A DNA stretch of 64,000 nt from Candidatus Poribacteria bacterium (GTDB lineage: Bacteria; Poribacteria; WGA-4E; WGA-3G), in contig OZ244048.1 of the NCBI GenBank assembly GCA_965215265.1, positions 2,816,001 to 2,880,000 of the forward strand. The letters are read 5' to 3'. The notes under the pieces were generated by a model that saw nothing but the letters and a program-made list of their open reading frames with translations, was not told where the DNA came from and searched no databases. The first letter of the stretch is position 1; each line of letters opens with the position of its first letter. Below, in pieces: positions 19,965 through 30,300 of the stretch. A program made the translations under genes and the position numbers.

Positions 19965-20705
19965 ATGGAAATTACGGAGAAAGAACTACAGTTTTATCAA
20001 ACAAACGGCTATCTTTTGAAAAAAGGGCTGGTGTCTCAGGAAGACATTTCCCAAATTCAGGTTGAAATTGAAGACATACATAACCGGATGGCAGAAAACC
20101 CGATTGAAGGTATCGGCATCTCCTGGGAAGTCTATGATTCAGAGGACCATCCGCCGCGCATCAAACAGTTAATGCATAGCGAATTGGTTAGCCCGACTCT
20201 CAATAGTCTGCTCCGTTCCGCTGCGCTACTTGATGTGTTAGAGGCGATGATGGGACCTGACATTTCACTGTTTCATAGCAAATTGCTACCGAAGGCAGGG
20301 GGTGACGGGACATCCATCCCATGGCACCAAGATTATGCCTATTGGAAAAATGAAGACAACAAACCTGTTATGATAAACTGCCAATTAGCTATTAGCGAGG
20401 CAAACTTATACAATGGCTGTATCCAATTCGTCCCAGGCAGCCACAACTGGGGGCTGCAGGAGCACGAACGGAAACACCAAACGTTCGGGGTCTTTTTACC
20501 CGGACACTATCAGGAACGGGAAGACGCTGTTGCAGTCGAGATGGAACCTGGCGACGGAGTCTTCTTTAATGCCTTGATTATTCACGGTTCTGCGCCGAAT
20601 AATTCTGATAGCGACCGGTTGATGAATACCTTTGCCTACAACGTCACCGGAAATGGTACCGGGCGCAGTCGGGAAGTTCTGCGAGGGAAATCAGATGCGG
20701 TATGA
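19965..20705 (+). CDS. PhyH family dioxygenase
   Basis: WHQD, NGC..VPGSH, IIHGS. Confidence 0.9.
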   Translation: MEITEKELQFYQTNGYLLKKGLVSQEDISQIQVEIEDIHNRMAENPIEGIGISWEVYDSEDHPPRIKQLMHSELVSPTLNSLLRSAALLDVLEAMMGPDISLFHSKLLPKAGGDGTSIPWHQDYAYWKNEDNKPVMINCQLAISEANLYNGCIQFVPGSHNWGLQEHERKHQTFGVFLPGHYQEREDAVAVEMEPGDGVFFNALIIHGSAPNNSDSDRLMNTFAYNVTGNGTGRSREVLRGKSDAV

Positions 20706-21777
20706 AACGAATCGACCCAGTGGGTGGCAGGTAAAAGGTTTCTTGTCTATCCTCGAGGACAGACAAAGAATACCTATCCTGCCACAGCGTTTACATTTTT
20801 CATTCGTGTTTTTGATGCTTGGAATAGTGCTAGGGTGCGGTGGCGATGAGACGTTTGATACGAACCGCGCGCCCCAAATCCTAGTCTTTGAAGCAGAATC
20901 CGATATCGTGCAGCCGGGCACCCAAGTGCCCATCCGACTGAGGGCCGCGGACCTCGAGAATGACACTTTAAGTTTCACTTGGACAGCGACGGAGGGCGAA
21001 ATTACTGAAACTGCTACCGGCGCAATATGGGCTGCGCCGGAAACCGAGCGAAAATATCAAATTCAACTGACTGTGAGCGATGGCGATAAATCGACAACAA
21101 GTACGCTCGACATTCAGGTTTGGCGGATTCGCCCTGGAAATTACTATCCGTTGGCTGTTGGAAACGTCTGGCATTACCGGGATGCAGAAGGCACCCAAAT
21201 TACTTTTGAAATTGTAGATACGATTCAGATTCAACGTGAAGGTGGCGTAACCGTTGATAGTTTTGTACTGCAAAAAACGAGCGCGGCAGAAGGGTTGGAG
21301 AACGTAGTGAACTACTCTTACCTCGGTAATGTTTCTGATGAAAGCGGCGAGGTGTTTGGGATAGTTCAGCATGCGCAAAATGCGACATCCGGAACAGAGG
21401 ATACAATTCTGTTTGAACCGTATCTCCCGTTGTATCAATTTCCGCTCATTCCAGGTGAGAAATGGCATGTTAATTTTGAAGTAAAGGTGGTTCCAGAACT
21501 TTTTCCGATCGGCGGCGGACTTGACGAATTTGAGGTGATTTCCGAGGAGACAGTCAACGTACCTGCCGGAACGTTTGAGAATGTGTTTCAGGTCCAAGAA
21601 TCATTTCGGTGGGGATTTGACGTTGGCAATCAGGACTTCGCCCTTGATGTCACAGTCGCCAAGAAATGGCTCGCTCCGGATGTGGGCATTGTTAAATTCA
21701 CACAAACACAAACCCGTGCGGAAGAGACCGTCGAAACGATTTTTGAATTGGAATCTTTTGAATTGGCGGAAGAGTAA
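20695..21777 (+). CDS. putative lipoprotein, Ig-like domain plus DUF3108/TapB-like beta domain
   Basis: VLGC lipobox; NRAP..DLENDTLSFTW..VSDG; YYPLAVGNVW, VPAGTF, WLAPDVGIVK. Start uncertain. Confidence 0.7.
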   Translation: MRYETNRPSGWQVKGFLSILEDRQRIPILPQRLHFSFVFLMLGIVLGCGGDETFDTNRAPQILVFEAESDIVQPGTQVPIRLRAADLENDTLSFTWTATEGEITETATGAIWAAPETERKYQIQLTVSDGDKSTTSTLDIQVWRIRPGNYYPLAVGNVWHYRDAEGTQITFEIVDTIQIQREGGVTVDSFVLQKTSAAEGLENVVNYSYLGNVSDESGEVFGIVQHAQNATSGTEDTILFEPYLPLYQFPLIPGEKWHVNFEVKVVPELFPIGGGLDEFEVISEETVNVPAGTFENVFQVQESFRWGFDVGNQDFALDVTVAKKWLAPDVGIVKFTQTQTRAEETVETIFELESFELAEE

Positions 21778-21782
21778 CAATA

Positions 21783-22799
21783 GTGAAAACCTCGATAGGG
21801 AAGAGACCAGAAATTTTAACGACAACCGTCGGCTCCTACCCGGCCCCGGCATGGCTTTTGGCAATGCCAAACGAACAGACACTGATTGATGCCACTCGTG
21901 TTGTCATCGATATTCAACGTCAACACGGTATTGATATGCCGACAGATGGCGAATTATACCGGTTTGATGTCAATCATCCGGATACGAACGGCATGATTGA
22001 GTATTTTACGCGGCCGTTAGCTGGCATCAGATCTAAAATCGGACGGCAGGAATGGCAAGAATTCCGGCAGCAGCAGCGCATGGCATTTCGCGCGAAACCG
22101 GCAGGTGTGGTCGAATCTGCGTTAGGGGAAGGCTCGTTAAATCTTGTCACCGATTGCCAACGACTGATGGATGTGGCTGGAAAGGAAATCAAATTCACAG
22201 TAACGAGCCCGTATATGCTGGCACGGACGTTGATTGATAAACATTACGGCAATTTTGAAGCGCTGCTAACCGATTTGGCAATGGTACTTGCTGCACAAGT
22301 GGCGGAACTTGATTGCGCCTGCCTGCAAATTGATGAGGCAAATATACCCGGTAATCCACAAGATGGTCCCCGCGCCGCCGCCGCGATCAATATTGTTCTT
22401 GATGCGTTTAACGGACAGAAAGCAGTTCATTTCTGTTTCGGCAACTATGGCGGGCAAGTCATTCAAAAGAGTGGTTGGGCTGCTTTAACAGATTTCCTGA
22501 ACATGCTCCGGTGCGACCATCTCGTGTTAGAATTGAAGCACCGTCCTGAGGAAGACCTGGAGGCACTCAAAGCGGTTTCATCGGATATTGTGCTCGGCAT
22601 TGGAGTGATTGATATAAAAGTGAATCCAGTTGAAACTGCGGAGGAGGTAGCTGCAAGCATTGATAAAGCGGAAAAGATTTTAGGACCTGGACGGATCGGT
22701 TGGGTGCATCCGGACTGCGGGTTTTGGATGCTGAAACGCTCAGTTGCGGATCGGAAAATCGCGGCACTTGTTCAGGGTAGAGATAGATTCCTCGCTTAA
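21783..22799 (+). CDS. cobalamin-independent methionine synthase-like protein, catalytic domain only
   Basis: TTVGSYP, TDGE, QIDE, HFCFGN, PDCG Zn ligands. Confidence 0.85.
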   Translation: MKTSIGKRPEILTTTVGSYPAPAWLLAMPNEQTLIDATRVVIDIQRQHGIDMPTDGELYRFDVNHPDTNGMIEYFTRPLAGIRSKIGRQEWQEFRQQQRMAFRAKPAGVVESALGEGSLNLVTDCQRLMDVAGKEIKFTVTSPYMLARTLIDKHYGNFEALLTDLAMVLAAQVAELDCACLQIDEANIPGNPQDGPRAAAAINIVLDAFNGQKAVHFCFGNYGGQVIQKSGWAALTDFLNMLRCDHLVLELKHRPEEDLEALKAVSSDIVLGIGVIDIKVNPVETAEEVAASIDKAEKILGPGRIGWVHPDCGFWMLKRSVADRKIAALVQGRDRFLA

Positions 22800-22921
22800 T
22801 CCCCCTACCTGTTTTGCCATCTATAAGAACCAATCCTCAACTGACAATATCCGGTTGAGCAGTTCCTCGCAGTAAGATTTTATTGGTTCGTGATTCGGAT
22901 AGAATATAGAAAGGATACAAA

Positions 22922-23218
22922 ATGTTTGAAGTTCGATTACCGGGAATAAAAAAGTATCAGCAGATTGCCGGTACAGCGGCAAGTGTGGGATTCGTGTTCG
23001 GAATGCTGATTCCTGCTCTGGCTATTTTCAGTAGGAAGTGGAGCTGCCCATTTGGCGATGGGATACTTCGCATCATTATTTTTTTACTACTCACAGGATT
23101 CGGCAGTGGCATGGTACTCGGCAACCTTGTTGCCGTATTCTTAATCGGGTTAGCAAAGTATCGTCAAACCTTCGGGATGCGAACTCAAACCAAAGAGAAA
23201 AAACGGCATGATTCATGA
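22922..23218 (+). CDS. small two-TM hypothetical protein
   Basis: AAGGA RBS, two hydrophobic segments. Confidence 0.65.
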   Translation: MFEVRLPGIKKYQQIAGTAASVGFVFGMLIPALAIFSRKWSCPFGDGILRIIIFLLLTGFGSGMVLGNLVAVFLIGLAKYRQTFGMRTQTKEKKRHDS

Positions 23219-23236
23219 GAAGAAAAGGAGATTCAG

Positions 23237-24073
23237 ATGTTTGATTTATTCGGTCCAGACTTTAATCTTTGGTATGCCCTCCTGCTTCTCGGGGTTGGAA
23301 TGTTTGCAGGTTTCCTAAACACGCTTGCCTGTGGAGGCTCGCTGCTTACCTTGCCCACCCTCATTTTTCTATTACCGTTTGCGACGGGTATCTCTGACGG
23401 AATCTCCCAAGTAGCAAACGGTACAAATAGGGTGGCCATCCTATTCCAAAATTTCAGTGCAATTTTGGGGTTTCGCCGCAAGGGCGTTTCAAATTTTCGT
23501 TATGCGATTGCGCTGACTATCCCGGCCGTCATAGGCGCGGCGATCGGCGCTGTTCTCGCTACTAAGACAAGCGATAAGGTCTTTGAGCCGATTCTCGCTA
23601 TTGTGATGGTAACGATGCTCTTTTTAACGCTTTTCAACCCGACCGAAAGGCTGCACGATAAAATCAACCCGGGCGATACACACCATAAAATTATTACCGG
23701 CATTGTTCTTTTCTTTGTAGGCATTTATGGCGGTTTCATTCAAGCAGGAGTAGGTTTGTTTATTATTGCAGCACTGCGAATTATTGATGGGGATGATTTA
23801 ATCATCACGAATGCGCTCAAAGTGTTTATCATCTTCTTTTATACGATCATCGCGTTGGGCATTTTTATTACCCAAGGGCAAGTCAATTGGGTTTTAGGAA
23901 TTACTTTAGCGATTGGAAACGCGAGTGGTGCTTGGATTGCGAGTCATTGGGCAGTCGGGATGGGGGACAAATGGCTGAAAGTGATACTTGTCGTAGCCGT
24001 GTTCGCCTTTGCGACGAACCTAGCATTGAAACCCTTTAATTTGGATATAATCTCGCTCCTCGGGCTGGGTTAA
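23237..24073 (+). CDS. TauE/SafE family sulfite exporter-like membrane protein
   Basis: AGFLNTLACGGSLLTLP, ANGTNR, YGGFIQAGVG. Confidence 0.88.
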   Translation: MFDLFGPDFNLWYALLLLGVGMFAGFLNTLACGGSLLTLPTLIFLLPFATGISDGISQVANGTNRVAILFQNFSAILGFRRKGVSNFRYAIALTIPAVIGAAIGAVLATKTSDKVFEPILAIVMVTMLFLTLFNPTERLHDKINPGDTHHKIITGIVLFFVGIYGGFIQAGVGLFIIAALRIIDGDDLIITNALKVFIIFFYTIIALGIFITQGQVNWVLGITLAIGNASGAWIASHWAVGMGDKWLKVILVVAVFAFATNLALKPFNLDIISLLGLG

Positions 24074-24714
24074 CGGCCCAATTCCTTGTAAGAGAAAATC
24101 AGACGGTGGATAGCCGTGATGTGCGATGTCAATGTGAGAATTCCGAGTGTGCAGAGTAGGAGCATGCCACTGGCATGGAGTGACGGAAATTTGTGAGACA
24201 ACAGCCCTTGTAACAGGGCACCAGCCCCGAATAAAATGATACGTTCGGGACGTTGCATGAGTCCCACCTTACAAGTAATCTGAAGCCCTTCTGCTCTTGC
24301 TCTTACATAACTGACGAGAATGGAGCCGAACCAAGCACCAAATGCCAAAATTATCCCGAGCAGACTTTCCAAACGACTTTCCAATCCGTAAAAATAGATG
24401 AGTGTCCCGAGGAAGAGAAAGCCTTCTGAATACCGGTCAATGACTGAATCCAGGAGGGCACCGGAAGGTCGGAGAGTATGTTGTGCACGTGCAACTGCCC
24501 CGTCGATCATATCAAAACTGCCGCCAAAGAGAATCAGAATGCCGCCTGCCACAAGTTGCCCGATCGCGAAGCAAACACTGGCGATGAGGTTAACAGCAAA
24601 ACCGAATAGTGTCACCATATTTGCCGTAATCCCGATAGCAACCATTTTGTTTGCCACAACAGAGAGTAAGGTTTCAAGTCGTGTTTTTAATTTCACTTCA
24701 AACATATTGTTCAT
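24070..24714 (-). CDS. CDP-alcohol phosphatidyltransferase, PIP-synthase-like
   Basis: DMIDGAVAR..GALLDSVIDRYSE; SYVRARAE..GLMQRPER. Confidence 0.85.
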   Translation of the reverse strand: MNNMFEVKLKTRLETLLSVVANKMVAIGITANMVTLFGFAVNLIASVCFAIGQLVAGGILILFGGSFDMIDGAVARAQHTLRPSGALLDSVIDRYSEGFLFLGTLIYFYGLESRLESLLGIILAFGAWFGSILVSYVRARAEGLQITCKVGLMQRPERIILFGAGALLQGLLSHKFPSLHASGMLLLCTLGILTLTSHITAIHRLIFSYKELGR

Positions 24715-24715
24715 C

Positions 24716-25339
24716 CTAAGCATGCTCGCGGTGAATCTTCGCGAGCATGCACAAAGTCTCTCTCCGCTTTGCAACTAATTCTGTCTTCGGAATTGTAGAT
24801 ACAGAGCGCAATAGTTCGACAAGGAGTGCGGGAATGTCCGCAGGATGCTCAGCGATTCTCAGCAGCTGCGGCTGCAAATTCGGCAAGGCATCCGGTGCTC
24901 TGACAATAAGTGTTGCATCGCCCCAGGTAGGGAGCCCTTCTGGTGAAACTGTTATCACCTCACCCCATGGATAAGTCTCATCGAAAAGGGTAATGAGAGG
25001 CTGTGAGGACTTTAGCAGTTTTATTTGAACGTTCTGAATTACCCGTGCTAAGGCTAAAGAAGTAGGAAGAGGCGTAGTAGCGACATGGACTGCCGGCAGA
25101 TTCCACAAAATTATAGGTTTTTTAAGCCGTTTGGCGAGTTCGATTAATCGCAGAAAACGGTACCAGGTACTCGGCGTGCTGAAACTATCAACATCGCCTT
25201 GTATCAAAACGACTTTTTCTGCTTGGGTCCAAGCGAGTCCGGCGAATCTAAAATTTCCTTTATTCGCCGTTCGATCCCCATAGAGCTCAATCGTTCTGGT
25301 GAACGGTGGGTGCGGGAATCTAGAAATGTTTGATTCCAT
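24716..25339 (-). CDS. degenerate AccA-like (carboxyltransferase alpha) protein
   Basis: IELYGDR, YRFLRLIELAKRLKKPII, VSPEG and ELVAKRRE echo AccA; GEGGSGG is absent. Confidence 0.55.
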   Translation of the reverse strand: MESNISRFPHPPFTRTIELYGDRTANKGNFRFAGLAWTQAEKVVLIQGDVDSFSTPSTWYRFLRLIELAKRLKKPIILWNLPAVHVATTPLPTSLALARVIQNVQIKLLKSSQPLITLFDETYPWGEVITVSPEGLPTWGDATLIVRAPDALPNLQPQLLRIAEHPADIPALLVELLRSVSTIPKTELVAKRRETLCMLAKIHREHA

Positions 25340-25345
25340 AAGAAT

Positions 25346-25382
25346 AAAAAAAACAGGGAGGGTGCTTTAAGCACCTTCCCTG
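25346..25382 (-). terminator. intrinsic terminator after the LysM gene
   Basis: CAGGGAAGGTGC/GCACCCTCCCTG stem followed by T8 on the minus strand. Confidence 0.8.
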
Positions 25383-25402
25383 CCTACAAGTGATGGTTTC
25401 AC

Positions 25403-26263
25403 TTATTCACCGCTGCGGCCGCCGATTGCCTTAATGGCAAACCAGCCGATCCCTGCCGCGACCGTTGTAAGGAATACCAATGTCTTTTTGGATGAAGAGA
25501 GCTCCTCGTGTACGCCTTTTGCTTCCTCCATCATCATTTTAAGTTCGTTGATGCCTTGGCGATTCACCTCAATGGCATTCAAAGCGTTCTTTATGTCACT
25601 TTGAATTGACTCAATGACTGCGTGCGTAGCTGCCGCGCTCTCTTTTCGCTCTTTAAGCATCTTTTCTATTCCCTCAAAGCGTTCATCAGCGTGTGCCAAC
25701 TGGTCGAGGACAGCGGCTTTAGCAGCTGCCAACGCCTCTTTGGTGCCAGCGACTTTATTGGCAGTTTTATCGATAGCCGCCATCAGCTCTTCTTGGGATT
25801 TCAAACTGTCTTCAAAGGCTTTAAGGTTCATTTTGAGCTTGTCCATGCTCTCATTAAGGCCCTGAATTTCTGCCATCAACTTATCCCGGGTGGCTTCAGA
25901 CTCAGCCAATTCCGCCCGAAGTCTTTCAAGTTCCTCGTTAAGCTCGGCTTCTTGCTCTTCAGCCTCGTCAACGATTTCTTTTGCCATGTCTAATGGAATC
26001 CGGAGGGTTTCCCCTGGATAGATGAGATGTGGATTGGTAAAGTCGTTGTACTTGCTAAGTTCGCGCCACCGAAGCGGATCTTTGAGGTGTTTCTCGCAAA
26101 GATCCCAGAGGGTATCGCCTTTGACAATGGTAATTAACATGGTACCGTCATCGCCTTGATGCGGCGTAATTCTAGCCGAGGCAGATAAGACGTAAATCCC
26201 ACTGAGTGCAGTGCAAATATAGAGAATTAGCATTAATTTTAAAGTCGCTCTTATCATTTTCAT
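25403..26263 (-). CDS. signal peptide-LysM-coiled coil-C-terminal TM protein
   Basis: IVKGDTLWDL...NPHLIYPGETLRIP, long heptad region, TLVFLTTVAAGIGWFAI anchor. Confidence 0.85.
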   Translation of the reverse strand: MKMIRATLKLMLILYICTALSGIYVLSASARITPHQGDDGTMLITIVKGDTLWDLCEKHLKDPLRWRELSKYNDFTNPHLIYPGETLRIPLDMAKEIVDEAEEQEAELNEELERLRAELAESEATRDKLMAEIQGLNESMDKLKMNLKAFEDSLKSQEELMAAIDKTANKVAGTKEALAAAKAAVLDQLAHADERFEGIEKMLKERKESAAATHAVIESIQSDIKNALNAIEVNRQGINELKMMMEEAKGVHEELSSSKKTLVFLTTVAAGIGWFAIKAIGGRSGE

Positions 26264-26281
26264 AGTAGTTCTCCTTATCTG

Positions 26282-27280
26282 CTAAAATCCGTAAGAGAGG
26301 GAAGCGAAGTGGCTTATTCCGACTCCATTGATTTCGCTGGACATTCCATCTTGGATAGCATAGTCAATCTGTAAGCCGCCGATGTTTACGCCAAACCCCC
26401 CGAAGAGGTTTTGCGTATCGCGGGATGCTCTGAGCCCGCCGCGAAGTGCAAAGGCAGTCGACTTGTAATTAACAATTGTATACTCAGCACCAAGGCGGAG
26501 GCTAGTCGCACTCTCATCCAGATTCACAAATTCTTGTTCAATATCGGCCGCGAAGGTGACAACGTTGCCCATATAGAGATTGTAAGCGACACCTATATCA
26601 ATAACCATGGGGACAGTATCCTCGCCCAAGGATGCACCGAGGTATTTAGCAACAATACCGTAATGGAACGTAGGCACCTTTTCATCAGCGACATCGATGT
26701 GAAAGGCATGTCCCATGAGGCCGACATCAACCCCGCCAAAGCCGCTTTGGTTTTCAACGTTCTCTGCACCGAAGTTATCCATTAGCATCCGTGCACTGAG
26801 GCCGAGGCTAAAGTTACCGATGTTATGGCCGTAAGAGAGAGAATACGCATTCGCGCTGTAGTTGATGTCGCCGCCGTACTGCTCGTTTGCATTGTACTGA
26901 GCAATATCAGATACCCCGGCGTTTGTCACAGCCAACCCAATAGACCCGTTGGATCCGACAGACTTTGACAGTGCGAGGAAGTTATGGCTTCTATCAAGGG
27001 AAAGCCGCTGAGTAGATAAATTGAGACTTAAATCCTGTGCAGAGCCGAGCCCTGCGGGATTCCAGACAGTAGCGGTAGCATCATTAGCAATCGCAGTGAA
27101 GGCACCGCCCAAGCCAATGGAGCGTGCCCCGGCACCAAGCCGTAAGTGTGGCATAGCATTGACTCCAGCAAAAGAGACCGGTGACACAGCTAGAATGAGA
27201 AACAAAACAGGTATTAAACCGCACAACAATTTAGGGCATTGCTTACAAGCCCATCTCGAAATTCGCTTTGTCTTAAACAT
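26282..27280 (-). CDS. PorV/PorQ-family (FadL-like) outer membrane beta-barrel
   Basis: GARSIGLGGAFTAIANDATATVWNPAGL N-terminal motif; ends SLSYGF; GGAGG RBS before ATG 27280. Confidence 0.8.
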   Translation of the reverse strand: MFKTKRISRWACKQCPKLLCGLIPVLFLILAVSPVSFAGVNAMPHLRLGAGARSIGLGGAFTAIANDATATVWNPAGLGSAQDLSLNLSTQRLSLDRSHNFLALSKSVGSNGSIGLAVTNAGVSDIAQYNANEQYGGDINYSANAYSLSYGHNIGNFSLGLSARMLMDNFGAENVENQSGFGGVDVGLMGHAFHIDVADEKVPTFHYGIVAKYLGASLGEDTVPMVIDIGVAYNLYMGNVVTFAADIEQEFVNLDESATSLRLGAEYTIVNYKSTAFALRGGLRASRDTQNLFGGFGVNIGGLQIDYAIQDGMSSEINGVGISHFASLSYGF

Positions 27281-27359
27281 TAGATCCTCCTTCAGCGTCC
27301 ACTGCTGGGATTGAATGTAGAAAGAACTATCCAATCCCAGACAGGTGGACACAATTTGC

Positions 27360-30300
27360 TTAGCGCGTCAGAGCGAGCTTGAGAATAGCATACTCCGGCT
27401 CAAAACCATCCGCCACCATGACTTGGCAGAAATAGATGCCCCTAGCTAAGTCTTCGCCGCCAGTTGTTGTTCCATCCCAACCGATTGCATTCTTGCCTAT
27501 ATACTCACCAGCATCCCAGACCTCGTTATCCACGAGGACTCGAACCGGCCGGAGCGTGATGTCGTAAATCACGATACTCACCGTAGATTGCCGGTTCAGC
27601 GTGAAGGAAATCCGAGTATTCTCTTTGAAGGGGTTAGGCGCGTTAATGGGACGCGCTGCGAGCACGGGGCCTTCTTCCTCTTCAAGGAGAAAACTAAACT
27701 CGTGAACTGTCATGTTTGCTTCACGGGCACCGTTATTCTTTTCAGAAACGTTGCCTTCTTGATGCGCCATGTCAGATACTTCAAGTTTAACCGTATGTTT
27801 TCCAACCGCGAGGTCGGCAAGTGGTGTATAGATAACCTGCGATGCCGACTTCTGATTCGGTGCCAGGTTCACCAACTGGTCATCGAGAACAAATCGGATG
27901 GAATCCGGATCAACGCCGGACTCGGCATCAGCAAAACTGATTGCAATCGTCGGTCGGCGTTCAGTTAGGCGTGCATCCTGTTGTGGCGATGATAACGTGA
28001 TAATGGGAGCAGCAGTATCGAAATCGATTGTGAAACTGCCTTTGGCGGTAGCAGAGTTCCCAATTGTATCCGTGGCACGGACTTCAATCGTGTAAGTGCC
28101 CTCGCTAAGGGGTGCTTCAGGAATGAAATCGATTCGTGTAATTCCCTCAACATCGTCCTCACTATCATCTTCATCACTGCCTTTGACCTCTTCGCCGTCA
28201 CTATCAATCACGACAATAGACATTTCATCAACGCCAGATTCGTCGTTGGCACTCGCCGAAATTGTGGGTAGCCCGCCACGGAAAGTTCCGGCAGGTGTGA
28301 TTGAGGTAATCGTCGGTGCGACGTTATCAACAACCAGCGTGAACGTCCAAGAATATTCTGTTGAACCGCCTTCGCTGAGTGCAACGACTTTGAGTCTATG
28401 CGTTCCGGGCGTAAAACTATCGGAAATTTCCAGCCGTCCTTGAGCGATTTGCGCTAGCGGTACAGAACGAAGCGGTTTGTCGTCTATACCGAACCGCACG
28501 CTTGTAACTGCTGATTGTTCGTCTGCCACAACAGCAGAAATGGTTACCCAACTGTCCCCCTTGATAAGTCCGGACGGTCCAGCTTCTGTAATGATAGGGG
28601 GGGTGGTATCTTTCGGCATTGCTACCGTGAAAATCACAGAAGCTTGTACCGTTTTGCCATTACCATCCGTCACTTCAACTGCCACAGTGTGGTCTCCATC
28701 CACTAACTCCTCTTCAGGTGTATAGGAGAATCGGTTGCCGTCTACGGTTGGCGTAGCATCATTTCCATCTAAAGTAAATGTTGTCACTTCAAGTGCACCG
28801 GCCCCAGAAAATTCACCACTGATAAGTGGTTTGCCATGTTCAAATGTCTGACCGGAAGCAGGTGCATGAATCATGACTGTGGGGATTGTGCCACTAATCG
28901 CGAACTCAACAGAAGCCTCCCCGACATTTCCGAGTATATCAGTTACTTGAATGACAACACGGTATGCTCCTCCGGGAAGCTGCTCGTTGCGTGTGTAGAC
29001 CAGCTCAGTTTCATCTTTTTCAAGCATCGCTGGATCTACGGCCACGTCCGCTTCGTTTGGCGGCTGTATACGAACCAAGCCGACCTTCCCTGTTGCTCCA
29101 TCAACACCCCCACCTGCACCGTCATGATATTTGGCGTGAACAGTGGGTAGACTGTCGATTGTATGTCCGGCCAACGGTGCCTCAATTGTAATCGTTGGAG
29201 GCGTATTGTCCAGATGAACAAGTGCCTCACCCGCGGAGAGCGGGAAGGATACGGAACCGTTCCGTTGGGTCACCACAGCGTATGGGGTGTAGAGTCCATC
29301 GGGCAGCCCAGAAAAATCAACCGCTGCTGAGAACGTATTTTCCGGATCTTCGGTAATTTCACTCGGAACCTCACCACCATTGACGGTAGTGCCACTTAGA
29401 TCTTCCAGACTCAAAGAACCGTTCGCAACCGTGAAACTTACAGCAACTGACGATTTGAGTAGAATAGGTTCCGCTGGTGGTTCCTGCACGGGTTCACCAT
29501 CAACAGCTGTCACCACCAGGTCACTGACATCAGTAGTGCGGAAATTGAGCACATTGACATCGCTTGCGGGGGACTCATCTGTTTGCACGTTTCCGGCTGC
29601 ATCAACAGCCAAAGCATGGAAGGTATAGAGTGCATTCTCTAACTGACCGACATCAACCGTGATTTTAAGGATGCCAACTTCACCAACAATTTCGGTTATC
29701 GTACCGTCAGCGGCGGTTTGCACCAATTTTACCGAAGCGTATGTATCCTCGGCGGCTGTAGGTTGGACCGTAAAGGTTGCGATAGGTGAGTTAACCGTTG
29801 CATCAACAATGCCCCCAACCGTGTAGAGCCCGTCGCCATCCGGAGCAATCACACCGGCGACATCTTCAACAATGAGAATGGGGGTTGGTCCGAGCGGTGC
29901 AACATCATCCACGTTATCAACAGAGAGTTTTGCGCTGACACCTGCAGCTGCTATGGTTTCGGTCCCATCGCTTGCGATGGCAATCGCGCGAACGGTATAT
30001 TGATCGTCGTCCTTAGAGGCATCGCGCGCAGCAGGACTATCTGCGGTAATGGTATCTTCCAATTGGGTTGTATCAACAGTGTGCACCCATTTCATATAGT
30101 TGTGAACAATGGGCACAACCGCTTTACCACCTACTGCGGCACCTGCGAGGTCCTCAAGGACACCGACAAATTCCTGGCCTTCAGGTGTTACACCGGTGCT
30201 TTGCTGCGCAGTGCCCACATCTATCCAGTCCGTGCCGCTGCTCTGTTTAACCTCAAATCGAATCGCGACGATATCCGGTGCCGTCCGTTCCGGGGTATAG

